A stretch of DNA of 25,257 nucleotides from a virus (Duplodnaviria > Caudoviricetes), in the IMG/VR virus record IMGVR_UViG_3300031953_000094, positions 1 to 25,257 of that record. The stretch is one strand, 5' to 3'. A program made the translations under genes and the position numbers. The notes beneath the pieces were generated by a model. The model saw nothing but the letters and a program-made list of their open reading frames with translations. It did not search any database and had not been told where the DNA came from. Shown here in pieces: positions 15,907-24,330 of this stretch. Numbering within the stretch: the first letter of the stretch is position 1; each line of letters starts with the position of its first letter.

Positions 15907-16388
15907 AGTACTTGCCCCCGGTACTTGACCCCGCGTCTGCCGCCCGAATGATGTGGTTCGACAAGGCGGATCCACGCGCCATGTTCGGCGACATTCGCGA
16001 TGAGGGTGACCTAGTCGCATGCGACGGCCGCACTGTTCGCATTGTCCCCGACCAACTCATGGACTTCCGCGACCTGCCGTTCCCAGACGATTCATTCTGG
16101 CACGTGGTACTCGACCCGCCACACCTCAATCGGCTCGGTAAGGACTCGTTCATGGCGCAGAAGTACGGGCGACTCACTGCTACCTGGAAGGACGACCTCG
16201 AGGCCGGATTCGCCGAATGCTTCCGAGTACTCAGGCCCGGAGGCACCCTCATCTTCAAATGGAACGAAGCACAGATCCCGATCGCCGACGTGCTCGCACT
16301 GACACCCGAACTCCCCCTCTACGGACACCGGTCTGGACGGCTCTCAAAGACGCACTGGATCTCGTTCATTAAGGAGCCTGCCTTATGA
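15903..16388 (+). CDS. Class I SAM-dependent (probably DNA amino-) methyltransferase
   Basis: VLDPASAARMMWFDK, DFRDLPFPDDSF, LDPPH and ECFRVLRPGGTLIFKW motifs. Confidence 0.85.
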   Translation: MKYLPPVLDPASAARMMWFDKADPRAMFGDIRDEGDLVACDGRTVRIVPDQLMDFRDLPFPDDSFWHVVLDPPHLNRLGKDSFMAQKYGRLTATWKDDLEAGFAECFRVLRPGGTLIFKWNEAQIPIADVLALTPELPLYGHRSGRLSKTHWISFIKEPAL

Positions 16389-16540
16389 ACTACTGCGACG
16401 CTTGCTCATTCGGTGCCCACCGCGACTGCACCGACTACACCGAAGACGGCGACCGTTGCGCCTGCTCCCACGTTTGCACCGCTTGTGGCGAGTCTCCGTG
16501 CATCTGCGACAGGGCGTGGGAAGAGAGGGGCGAGGAATGA
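16385..16540 (+). CDS. Cys-rich small protein
   Basis: MNYCDACSFGAHRDC...CICDRAWEERGEE; AAGGAG RBS; ATGA overlaps. Confidence 0.6.
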   Translation: MNYCDACSFGAHRDCTDYTEDGDRCACSHVCTACGESPCICDRAWEERGEE

Positions 16541-16989
16541 CCCGCCGCGCAACCATCCAATCGTCACTGAACCCAGCCGCCCACCACAGCAGCCGAAGCC
16601 CATACGAACGCATCCGGACCATCGTCCAGGCAGCCGAGAGCGGTAAGACGTTCACCGAACCACGACCACCCAGGAGGAAGACCGTGAACATCGGGAGCAT
16701 CGAAAAGCGAACGCCCAAAGCGCGGGCCGTCACCCCTGTCACCCCTGTCACGCCGGGCGAACGCATCGCCAGCGCCCTCGTCAACTGTGACGACCCATTC
16801 GACTCGCAAGTACCCGCACGCGACTTCACCAAACGCGAACTCGCCACAGCACAACAGGCAGGCACCCGCTGGCTTAAGCGCACCGGCCGCGGCGACCTAC
16901 TGCTTTCATTCCGGCGCAACGATCAGGGCGCCGTGTGGACGCTGCGACAGAAACCCCACACGACTACCACCAAGGAGAACATCGCATGA
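16537..16989 (+). CDS. Hypothetical basic protein
   Basis: ATGA overlaps at both ends. Confidence 0.55.
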   Translation: MTRRATIQSSLNPAAHHSSRSPYERIRTIVQAAESGKTFTEPRPPRRKTVNIGSIEKRTPKARAVTPVTPVTPGERIASALVNCDDPFDSQVPARDFTKRELATAQQAGTRWLKRTGRGDLLLSFRRNDQGAVWTLRQKPHTTTTKENIA

Positions 16990-17075
16990 GCAACACGACC
17001 ACACAGTCACCCGCACCGGCCGCGAATGACCCGTGGGCATCGGCGCCGGTGCAGGACGAGGGTCCGTCATGGTGA
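16986..17075 (+). CDS. 29-aa peptide resembling the SSB C-terminal tail (deleted ssb or SSB-tail mimic)
   Basis: MSNTTTQSPAPAANDPWASAPVQDEGPSW; AAGGAG RBS; ATGA and GTGA coupling. Confidence 0.55.
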   Translation: MSNTTTQSPAPAANDPWASAPVQDEGPSW

Positions 17076-17503
17076 GCGACACAACCGAAGGCCTTGCGCT
17101 ACTGGCGGCGGCGACACGGGGGCCGTGGGAATGGGTAGGTGACTCGTTTGACGACGAGCCTCACGTCTGCCCACATGGCGAATCATGGTGCGACCACGGG
17201 CCAGATCTAGAGACGGTAGCCAAGTTGCCAGCGTGGGATGACGGATCGATAAGCCCAAAGGTGAATGTCCTGAGCGCCTTTGGTTATGACGCTTCCGGCG
17301 TCAACATCAAGTCAGCCGACGCCAACCTCATTGTGTACCTCGTGAACAACGCCCCGGCCATGTTCGACGCCCTCGACACGATCGAGCGGGCACGCCGGAT
17401 TCACTGGCATGACGGCGGAAGAGCGGTCTCTGGGTGTGATGCGGACGGCTGCGCATACCCCTGCCCGACCATCCGCGCCCTGGACGGTGACCGCGATGAC
17501 TGA
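17072..17503 (+). CDS. Ead/Ea22-like hypothetical protein
   Basis: AATRGPW...ADANLI...NAPA pattern; C-terminal YPCPTIRALDG. Confidence 0.6.
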   Translation: MSDTTEGLALLAAATRGPWEWVGDSFDDEPHVCPHGESWCDHGPDLETVAKLPAWDDGSISPKVNVLSAFGYDASGVNIKSADANLIVYLVNNAPAMFDALDTIERARRIHWHDGGRAVSGCDADGCAYPCPTIRALDGDRDD

Positions 17504-17747
17504 GACAACCTGCACGCCAAAGTGCTGGACGAGGGCACTGTGTCCAGTTCACGAGGATGAGATGTATCCCCGTGGACGAAGTGCGCCACTTGAGGTGTAT
17601 CACTGCTGTGACCGCGAGGATGACCCGGCTATCAACCCGCGCCACCTGTGGGATGAACACGACTCAACGCGTTACTACCACGACCCAGACGGATGGGCCG
17701 CGCACGAGGCGTCCTGTGCTCGATGCAGGGGGGATGAAGATGAGTGA
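17496..17747 (+). CDS. Hypothetical Cys/His-rich protein
   Basis: Overlapping ORF in the operon. Confidence 0.55.
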   Translation: MTETTCTPKCWTRALCPVHEDEMYPRGRSAPLEVYHCCDREDDPAINPRHLWDEHDSTRYYHDPDGWAAHEASCARCRGDEDE

Positions 17748-17898
17748 GACCACGCAAACCGGCATCCCCATCATCGACTGCGAAAAGTGCTCAACCCGGC
17801 ACCCGTCGCACACGCGGCACTGCATCACTTGTGGCAAGCCGACACGGTTCATTTACGACGGCGTATGCATCGGGTGCGACAGGTGGGAGGACGCATGA
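17740..17898 (+). CDS. Small zinc-ribbon protein
   Basis: CEKC, CITC and CIGC motifs. Confidence 0.55.
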   Translation: MSETTQTGIPIIDCEKCSTRHPSHTRHCITCGKPTRFIYDGVCIGCDRWEDA

Positions 17899-18293
17899 GC
17901 GCACAACAGACGTTCGCCCTGTGCATCGACTGCTGGGAGTTTCACTACGGCATCAGCGACTCCAACGGTGTCTACTCCCGCGATTCGGGGTCGTCAAACC
18001 ACTTTGACCACGCCGTCCACGTCTTTCGCGCCCCGGACCAATACGCCCCACCGATCAAGGGCGTGCTCATTTCGCTTCAACGCGGGGAGGCGATCAGTGA
18101 TGGGCGCCTTGACATGTTTTCGCTCGCCTGTGCGGTGACTGCAATACAGCCAAACAACGGACGCAAGGTCGATGAGGGTGACCAGGGCGCGGTGGAACTG
18201 CTCGTACAGAAGCGTCAACGCGACGAGTCTCGACCTCAACACTCATCGAATGAGAGCGGACAGACCGCACTCGACCTAGGGGAAATCGCATGA
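17895..18293 (+). CDS. Hypothetical protein
   Basis: GGAGG RBS; ATGA overlaps. Confidence 0.6.
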   Translation: MSAQQTFALCIDCWEFHYGISDSNGVYSRDSGSSNHFDHAVHVFRAPDQYAPPIKGVLISLQRGEAISDGRLDMFSLACAVTAIQPNNGRKVDEGDQGAVELLVQKRQRDESRPQHSSNESGQTALDLGEIA

Positions 18294-18592
18294 CCAACAC
18301 GACCATTCCCAACACCGACCGAGGCACCATCCTCGCCGACGCCAATGCCGCTATCAACGGACCCCGCGCACGTGACTACGGCGACGCACGGGACAACTTT
18401 GGACGCACCGCTCAGATGTGGAGCGCCTACAAGGGCATTGAGTTCACTGCGACTGACGTAGCGGCCCTACTCGCACTGCTCAAGGTGTCACGACTCGCCA
18501 ACACGCCCAACCATCAGGACTCGTGGGTCGACCTCGTTGGATACGCGGCACTGGGCGGCGAAGTAGCACAACTAGAGGCTCGCGATGAATAG
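18290..18592 (+). CDS. DUF6378-like phage protein
   Basis: INGPRARDYGDARDNF...W...DVA...LLKVSR...DSWVDLVGYAALG signature. Confidence 0.8.
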   Translation: MTNTTIPNTDRGTILADANAAINGPRARDYGDARDNFGRTAQMWSAYKGIEFTATDVAALLALLKVSRLANTPNHQDSWVDLVGYAALGGEVAQLEARDE

Positions 18593-18734
18593 CCCCACCC
18601 AATGCCCGCACTGCCACGCAACCATCGCGCCCAACGTGGACAAGCACACGTGCCCGAAACGACGGGACCTCAAGCGCGAACGGGAACGGGCCCAGAGGCT
18701 ATTCGGCATTGGGCCAGAGAGGGGGCGACCGTGA
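18585..18734 (+). CDS. Small zinc-finger protein
   Basis: MNSPTQCPHC...HTCPKRR; GAGG RBS; GTGA overlap with the next gene. Confidence 0.5.
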   Translation: MNSPTQCPHCHATIAPNVDKHTCPKRRDLKRERERAQRLFGIGPERGRP

Positions 18735-18964
18735 TTAATGACTGGGGATTGATCTACACCGTCGACGCGGACGGATGGTTCCCGCGAGCCAAAGTGCGCG
18801 CCGGGAAGATGCGGCGTGATGGCCGCCACTGGGTAGTCGAATACGACGGCGACCAATGCACCTGCTACACCCACGCCGCCGCCATCACCATCGCCACCGA
18901 CATGGCACGAGGGCAGGCATGGGACGGGCGACTCGCGTTCGCCGTGCAGAGGAGGGTGCGATGA
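18731..18964 (+). CDS. Hypothetical protein
   Basis: GTG start overlapping the upstream stop; ATGA overlap downstream. Confidence 0.5.
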   Translation: MINDWGLIYTVDADGWFPRAKVRAGKMRRDGRHWVVEYDGDQCTCYTHAAAITIATDMARGQAWDGRLAFAVQRRVR

Positions 18965-19353
18965 CCACACTAAAGTTCGCGATCCCCAACTCGAGTTGGC
19001 TCAGCTCTAACCAACGTTTGCATTGGGCCGCAAAGGCTAAGCGGGTCGCGGTGTTGCGGGAACTGGCCATGTGGCGGGGCCTCGAAATTGGCTTCAAAGG
19101 CACGCACCGCAAGCAGGTCCGCATCACCGCTCACATCGGATACGCCACCAACGGACGCGCAGATCCGGCGAATTCTCACCCGACCGTCAAAGCGCTTGTG
19201 GACGGCCTCGTGGACGCTGGCCTATTCGTAGACGACAGCCACGAATGGGTTATCGGCCCCGACTACCGACGCGACGAAACCAAGTCGCCGAGGGGTTTTC
19301 ACACCGTTCGATTAGAGATTGAGGAGGCGAACAATGCCCTGGTTCAAAGTTGA
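18961..19353 (+). CDS. RusA-like Holliday junction resolvase
   Basis: LSSNQRLHW...RADPANSHPTVKALVDGLVDAGLFVDDS motif. Confidence 0.8.
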   Translation: MTTLKFAIPNSSWLSSNQRLHWAAKAKRVAVLRELAMWRGLEIGFKGTHRKQVRITAHIGYATNGRADPANSHPTVKALVDGLVDAGLFVDDSHEWVIGPDYRRDETKSPRGFHTVRLEIEEANNALVQS

Positions 19354-20125
19354 CGACGTACTGCACTCGCACCCGAAAGCGAGGAGCGGCGGCACAGCGG
19401 CCATGGGGCTATGGGTTTTAGCGGGGTCTCACGCGGCCCAGTACTTGACCGATGGGTTCGTTCCAGAGTGGTACGTAAAGTCCTGGCCTAACGGGTCGAA
19501 GCTGGCCCGCCAACTTGTCGATGCAAGGCTATGGGATGCCGCCACCGATGACCACGGAAAGACGGGCTGGCAGTTCCGTGATTGGGCAGATTACCAGCCG
19601 TCACGCGAAGAAGTGGAGGCCGACCGCGAGGCCACAAGAGATCGCCAGCGCAAGTTCAGGCAAGCCCGCCGTGACCAGCGCCGAGCCTCGCAAAACGAGT
19701 CGACAGACAAGGCGATACGGGGAATGCGTAACGGTGTGACTAACGGCGTTACTAACGGCGTGAGTCACGACCCCCCGTACCCGTCCCGTCCCGAGCCCGA
19801 CCCGACCCGTCCCCTTAGTAGTTCTAATCACCTTGGTAATGGGGGGGGTAGTAAGCAACGCGAGGACGATGTAACGCCCCCCCAAATTCAAGCCTGCGGA
19901 AAAGCGCACGACGACGACAAGCCGTGCCGCCCATGTGGTGAGGCTCGCAAGCAATCCGAAGCCGACGCACTCAAGGCCAAGCGTGACCAGCGGTCAACCG
20001 AGGCCAAGAAGCGCGCACGGGTGGCCCACGCAGCAATCACGGCCTGCAACTTCTGCAATGCCAAGGGATACACGCCCGGCGGCAAACCATGCCACCACGA
20101 CCTAGACGACGGTGGCATCGCATGA
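19334..20125 (+). CDS. RepA-like replication initiator
   Basis: MPWFKVDD...HPK...AMGLWVLAGS...TDGFVP...WQFRDWADYQP...PDPTRP architecture; GAGGAGG RBS. Confidence 0.85.
   Translation: MPWFKVDDVLHSHPKARSGGTAAMGLWVLAGSHAAQYLTDGFVPEWYVKSWPNGSKLARQLVDARLWDAATDDHGKTGWQFRDWADYQPSREEVEADREATRDRQRKFRQARRDQRRASQNESTDKAIRGMRNGVTNGVTNGVSHDPPYPSRPEPDPTRPLSSSNHLGNGGGSKQREDDVTPPQIQACGKAHDDDKPCRPCGEARKQSEADALKAKRDQRSTEAKKRARVAHAAITACNFCNAKGYTPGGKPCHHDLDDGGIA
19729..19840 (+). repeat. Iteron-like repeats / putative replication origin inside the initiator gene
   Basis: Three 12-bp units TAACGGTGTGAC / TAACGGCGTTAC / TAACGGCGTGAG, then CCCGW 5-mers and an AT-richer tract. Confidence 0.6.
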
Positions 20126-20514
20126 GCCAAAGAAACCATCCAACGACAGAAGCGAGGAATGACATGGGCACCGAACGAATCGACCACGCAGCAGAGGCGC
20201 GACTTGCGCTCGAATGGGCCATCGAATGGGCCATGCGGGATGTCTCCGTGAACATGGCAACCGAGACGGGCGAGTACAAGTCCGACGTGATCGCCCAAGC
20301 CCAAGTCCACGCGACGCTCGCCCTCGTTGAGCAACAGCGGGTTGCGAACCTGATCGCGCTATCGAACGTGAGGCTGGAAATGCCAGGCGGCGGCACGGCG
20401 ACGTTCATCCATGCATTCGACTTCGACTGGGTCATGGTCGGCGACGTCAATGCGCCCAACTTCACCCTCAAGCCCGAGATCGCCAACGCACTCGGCATCG
20501 AGGTGACGAAGTGA
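20122..20514 (+). CDS. Hypothetical protein (alternative start 20164)
   Basis: AQAQVHATLALVEQQRVANLIAL motif, common in actinophage early genes. Confidence 0.6.
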   Translation: MSQRNHPTTEARNDMGTERIDHAAEARLALEWAIEWAMRDVSVNMATETGEYKSDVIAQAQVHATLALVEQQRVANLIALSNVRLEMPGGGTATFIHAFDFDWVMVGDVNAPNFTLKPEIANALGIEVTK

Positions 20515-20840
20515 GCGAGTACACGCCGCAGGCCTGGCGCATGAGGGGCTTCTACCCCGACCAGTACGCCATGTCGAGCGCCGCACTAGGCATCGGCATC
20601 GATTACCAGGACGACGACTACGACCGGTATGAGTCGGAGTTCCTCGCCGACCTAACCGCCCACGAAGACCGCATCCGTGCCGAGGCCAAGGTGGAGGCGT
20701 TGCGGGAGGCGGCTGACGATGGAGTGCGCGACTTCAAGGGGAGCACGGCCGGTGCCCAGTGGGCCGCTGGTCGCAACCTCGTCTCAGCGGACTTCCTGTA
20801 TGCCCGAGCAGACCGGATCGAACAGGAGGCAGGACTGTGA
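20511..20840 (+). CDS. Hypothetical protein
   Basis: GTGA overlaps; EALREAAD...LYARADRIE. Confidence 0.6.
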   Translation: MSEYTPQAWRMRGFYPDQYAMSSAALGIGIDYQDDDYDRYESEFLADLTAHEDRIRAEAKVEALREAADDGVRDFKGSTAGAQWAAGRNLVSADFLYARADRIEQEAGL

Positions 20841-21049
20841 GCGTCGATGGACACACCATGAGCGCCATCTTCGAGGGCTGGTGCGGGTCGTGCAAGTCCG
20901 CGATTCACGCTGGCGACTCAATCACTCAAGGCGATGGGAATTGGCGTCACACCGACTGCCGAGAATTACCCGACGACCCCCTAGAGGCAACCCACCCCGT
21001 CTGCCAGAAGTGCTGGCTGACCCACCCCGAAGGAGCGTGCGACAGATGA
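20837..21049 (+). CDS. Small zinc-binding protein
   Basis: CGSC...HTDC...CQKC; AGGAGG RBS. Confidence 0.6.
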   Translation: MSVDGHTMSAIFEGWCGSCKSAIHAGDSITQGDGNWRHTDCRELPDDPLEATHPVCQKCWLTHPEGACDR

Positions 21050-21300
21050 CTAACCCACTCACCACCGAGGCCAGGGAGTTGTCACCAGGTCGCATTCGGA
21101 TGCTCGACCACTTGCTAAGCCGGGGCATGACGTTGAGCGCTACCGACGTTGCCGACCTACGCAAAGCACTCGCGGCGGTTGAGGCCGGGGAGCGGGTGCG
21201 GGCGTTTCACGAAGCGCACGACGAGACGCATCGGTGCCTTGAGGACGACGAGACGCACCCATGCCGCACCATCCGCGCCCTGGACGGTGGTGAGTCATGA
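21046..21300 (+). CDS. Hypothetical protein
   Basis: AAGGAG RBS; C-terminal HPCRTIRALDG. Confidence 0.6.
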   Translation: MTNPLTTEARELSPGRIRMLDHLLSRGMTLSATDVADLRKALAAVEAGERVRAFHEAHDETHRCLEDDETHPCRTIRALDGGES

Positions 21301-21521
21301 GTGGCCGTCACGCACGCATGGCGATGAATGCCAAGTCACCACTGCGCCCCGACTTGCATCGCACGCAACTCCGGCTTGACGCCGCCGAGCAAGGTGCCGT
21401 CGAGATTGACCCGCAGGGCGCCGCATGGCAACACTCTCGCGGCTTCTGGTATCGCGCATACGACTCGGACACGTCACGCAGTTCATGGGAACTCGCCCAG
21501 ATGATCGGAGGCACAAAATGA
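21297..21521 (+). CDS. Hypothetical protein
   Basis: ATGA overlaps. Confidence 0.55.
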   Translation: MSGRHARMAMNAKSPLRPDLHRTQLRLDAAEQGAVEIDPQGAAWQHSRGFWYRAYDSDTSRSSWELAQMIGGTK

Positions 21522-21748
21522 ACAAGTGCCAAGGGTGCGACTCTTCGCTTCCAGACGATTTACCGTTCGCCCAGCAATGCGGCAACTGCCCCCCTAAGCG
21601 ATGCGCTGACTGCGGCGGCATGGACTCAATGAATTCTCCATGCAAGTGCTGGGTTTCAGTGTCCGAAATACCAATGGCCGACCTTAAAGGTCTCTTCGCC
21701 AGAGACGGCCTGAGCCTTACCCTCCCCCGAGAGGACCGGGACTCATGA
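21518..21748 (+). CDS. Cys-rich hypothetical protein
   Basis: GGAGG RBS; three CxxC motifs. Confidence 0.55.
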   Translation: MNKCQGCDSSLPDDLPFAQQCGNCPPKRCADCGGMDSMNSPCKCWVSVSEIPMADLKGLFARDGLSLTLPREDRDS

Positions 21749-22242
21749 ACACCAAGGCACACGTCACATTCAGGGGCGACGCAATCTGTGGGGCTGACCT
21801 CACTGGGAAAAGCCCCGATGGCCTGCCGTCATGCCAAGACTGCCTGGGCGTCCTGTTCGACTGGATCGTCGCGCACGACGTCGATACTGCGCACGCCGTC
21901 GCCTTGGAGCGGGCCGCGATTGCTAAGTACCTATTCGACCGTGCATGTCGCATAGCGGATAACCGGCAACACATGGTTCTCAGGGACGCCGCCAGCGCAA
22001 TCGCATCCGGTGCCCATGACGGGGGGTCGAGCAATAACCGGTCAACCGAAGCGGACTCCCTCGATGCCAAAAAAGCCGTTCACGACATTATCGTTTGGCT
22101 CGATGCGGAGATTGAGTCCGGCGAGAGGTGCAAGGTCAACAAACAATGGCCGCGACGATACCGGCGTGAACAAGAGATACGCGCCAAGTCTGCGCTAGAC
22201 ATGAGATTCATGATTACAGCGCTTCACGGGGGTGCGACGTGA
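21745..22242 (+). CDS. Hypothetical protein
   Basis: ATGA/GTGA overlaps. Confidence 0.55.
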   Translation: MNTKAHVTFRGDAICGADLTGKSPDGLPSCQDCLGVLFDWIVAHDVDTAHAVALERAAIAKYLFDRACRIADNRQHMVLRDAASAIASGAHDGGSSNNRSTEADSLDAKKAVHDIIVWLDAEIESGERCKVNKQWPRRYRREQEIRAKSALDMRFMITALHGGAT

Positions 22243-22409
22243 GCACCGACACCATACACACATTGCCAGTCAACGACCTCATTGAACACGAGGACACCGG
22301 TGACGATTGCCCGTGCGGCCCCGAGATCGTACCACTCAAGCGCGACGACGGGTCAATGGGATGGCTCATCATCCACCACAGCCTCGACGGACGGGAGGCA
22401 AGGGAATGA
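22239..22409 (+). CDS. Conserved small actinophage protein
   Basis: MSTDTIHTLPVNDLIEHEDTGDDCPCGP...IHHSLDGREARE; coupled at both ends. Confidence 0.65.
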   Translation: MSTDTIHTLPVNDLIEHEDTGDDCPCGPEIVPLKRDDGSMGWLIIHHSLDGREARE

Positions 22410-22495
22410 CCACCAACGCCGCGACCGGACTGGCCGTGTGGCTCACCGACGAGTTGCGAGGGATGCACGACGACGAGGAGGACGAAGACGAATGA
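22406..22495 (+). CDS. 29-aa acidic peptide
   Basis: MTTNAATGLAVWLTDELRGMHDDEEDEDE; GGAGG RBS; ATGA overlaps. Confidence 0.45.
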   Translation: MTTNAATGLAVWLTDELRGMHDDEEDEDE

Positions 22496-22641
22496 GCCAG
22501 CAACGACCGGGCGCGCTGCCTCACATGCCCCAAAAGCGAGCAAGAGCGGGGCTAGGACGCGATAACAGCCCGTCAAGCCCGTGTGACCTATCTCACACCA
22601 CCAACGGCGCTCAGACGCCAGAAAACGAGAGGGACGCATGA
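22492..22641 (+). CDS. Hypothetical peptide
   Basis: ATGA overlaps at both ends. Confidence 0.4.
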   Translation: MSQQRPGALPHMPQKRARAGLGRDNSPSSPCDLSHTTNGAQTPENERDA

Positions 22642-23519
22642 GCACGTCACGCCAGGACACAGCGACCAGTCACGGCCCAACACGCGTGGAAGACCAGCGT
22701 CACTACGCCAAGGGCGGCGTCTGCACCGCCTGCCACCAGCCAGCACCATGCCTCACGATCGCAGAGCGCGCGGCCGATGAGTGGCGCCAGATCGCCGGGG
22801 CATTCGATGCACTCCACGCCTACCTTGTGCCCAGTGGCGGCAACGGTGATGGCGTGCGAACCGCCCCGGCATCCAAGCCGCCCATCTCGCTCATCGCATC
22901 CGACCTCATTCAAGAGATCGAAGACTGGGCATGGTTCTACGCATCGGCACTCATGGACGAAAGCAACGACTACGTTGCCAGCACCACCACCGCCCAACGA
23001 CTGCGCGACATTGCCAAGCGCCACGGACACTTCACCACCGACCCAAACGAGCGATGGGTTGCCAACCGCAAGCGCTCCGAGGGAATGCCAGCCGGTCACT
23101 GGCAACGAGTCGCGCTGGACTACTGCGACAACGCTCACGAGTTGCGGCGCAAGGCTGTCGGGCTCATCGTCCAGCCACCACCACCGCGGTTCATGGGGCC
23201 ATGCATGGAGGTCGAATGCTCGGGTGACGTGTACCTCAAGGCTGGCGATAGCGTGGCCCGGTGCGTCGAGTGCGACCAAGGGCACGACGCCAGGCAAATG
23301 CGCGACCAACTATGGCGAGCCCTTGACTCGCGACTGATTCGCCGTGACGAACTGCGGGTGGCGCTGAACACGTTGAGGCGTCCCGGAACGAAGCGCATCG
23401 CCGTGGCAACCGTGCGCCAGTGGATTCACCGAGGACGACTGGTGCCTGTGATTCGCGAGCCCGAGATGTTCCGACTGGCTGACGCTATCGACCTTGCTGG
23501 AATCGAGGTCGCGGCATGA
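22638..23519 (+). CDS. Zinc-ribbon/HTH protein, probable late transcription regulator
   Basis: GPCMEVECSG...CVEC followed by ATVRQWIHRGRL...FRLAD HTH. Last early gene before a promoter/terminator. Confidence 0.7.
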   Translation: MSTSRQDTATSHGPTRVEDQRHYAKGGVCTACHQPAPCLTIAERAADEWRQIAGAFDALHAYLVPSGGNGDGVRTAPASKPPISLIASDLIQEIEDWAWFYASALMDESNDYVASTTTAQRLRDIAKRHGHFTTDPNERWVANRKRSEGMPAGHWQRVALDYCDNAHELRRKAVGLIVQPPPPRFMGPCMEVECSGDVYLKAGDSVARCVECDQGHDARQMRDQLWRALDSRLIRRDELRVALNTLRRPGTKRIAVATVRQWIHRGRLVPVIREPEMFRLADAIDLAGIEVAA

Positions 23520-23530
23520 CGGCGTGTCGC

Positions 23531-23560
23531 TTGACGTGGACGGGTTGCCCGTGTCACGAT
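23531..23560 (+). promoter_or_regulatory. Putative late promoter
   Basis: TTGACG-N18-CACGAT directly after the regulator gene. Confidence 0.5.
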
Positions 23561-23590
23561 GAAGTCCTAACGAAAAAAGTGACCCCACGC

Positions 23591-23626
23591 AAGCCCGCCA
23601 GCCAAGTGCTAGGCGGGTTTCGTGTT
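23591..23626 (+). terminator. Intrinsic terminator / attenuator
   Basis: AAGCCCGCC...GGCGGGTTT stem followed by CGTGTT. Confidence 0.6.
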
Positions 23627-23895
23627 CCCCAGACCTGCTCACCTCGCCGCCAGGGAATGCCCAGACGGAGCGCACGAGGCAGCGGCACGACCTAGGCACG
23701 TCGCACAAACTGCCCCACCAACGCTCATGTGGCCTGCGACCGGGGCCACCGCTGATACGAGGCCGTTGAAATCGGCTCACCGGCGCGACTGGCCGAACGA
23801 CATAGGGCCACTACTTCCCGCACCCACAACCCCTGCACCAAGGATACGAACCCGGCAGGTGAGCGCGTGGGCGGGGACTAACCAAGGGAGCCGCC

Positions 23896-24009
23896 ATGTG
23901 CGAACGATGTGAGGACGGCGACTGCACCACCTGCACCTGTAAGCCCGGTGAATGCGTGCTGGTCAGCGAGCATGATGCTTGGGTAGCACGACAGGGCGAG
24001 AGCGACTGA
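23896..24009 (+). CDS. Cys-rich 37-aa peptide
   Basis: AAGGGAG RBS; MCERCEDGDCTTCTCKPGEC... Confidence 0.5.
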   Translation: MCERCEDGDCTTCTCKPGECVLVSEHDAWVARQGESD

Positions 24010-24072
24010 TGGCACGAGCTGACACCTATATCGCGGCGGCGACAACGGCAGGGCATCCCTATAGTGGGAAGC

Positions 24073-24315
24073 ATGAAAACAAAAACACTCATTATGGCCA
24101 CACTGGCGGCACTAGCACTCACAGCGTGCGGCGACACGGCAACAGGCCCCGACTGGGCCAACGTTCCCAACGGCGACACTCTCAAGCAATTCATCGACGA
24201 GGACGCAGCCGCAGCAGACTGCGCGGCACTCCAAGAGACGTTCGATGTGCAGCAAGATGCCGCAGTGCTCACATACATCGACAACGCCATGAAGGATGCG
24301 GGCTGCTACGAGTAG
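24073..24315 (+). CDS. Lipoprotein
   Basis: Signal peptide MKTKTLIMATLAALALTAC with LTAC lipobox. TATAGT -10 box 7 nt upstream (leaderless). Confidence 0.8.
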   Translation: MKTKTLIMATLAALALTACGDTATGPDWANVPNGDTLKQFIDEDAAAADCAALQETFDVQQDAAVLTYIDNAMKDAGCYE

Positions 24316-24330
24316 CCCCAAGGGGGTGCC

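Noticed and set aside
9785-23780. Numerous minus-strand and alternative-frame ORFs in the early region
   Set aside because: High-GC shadow ORFs without RBS or motifs. The + strand is already tiled by coupled genes.
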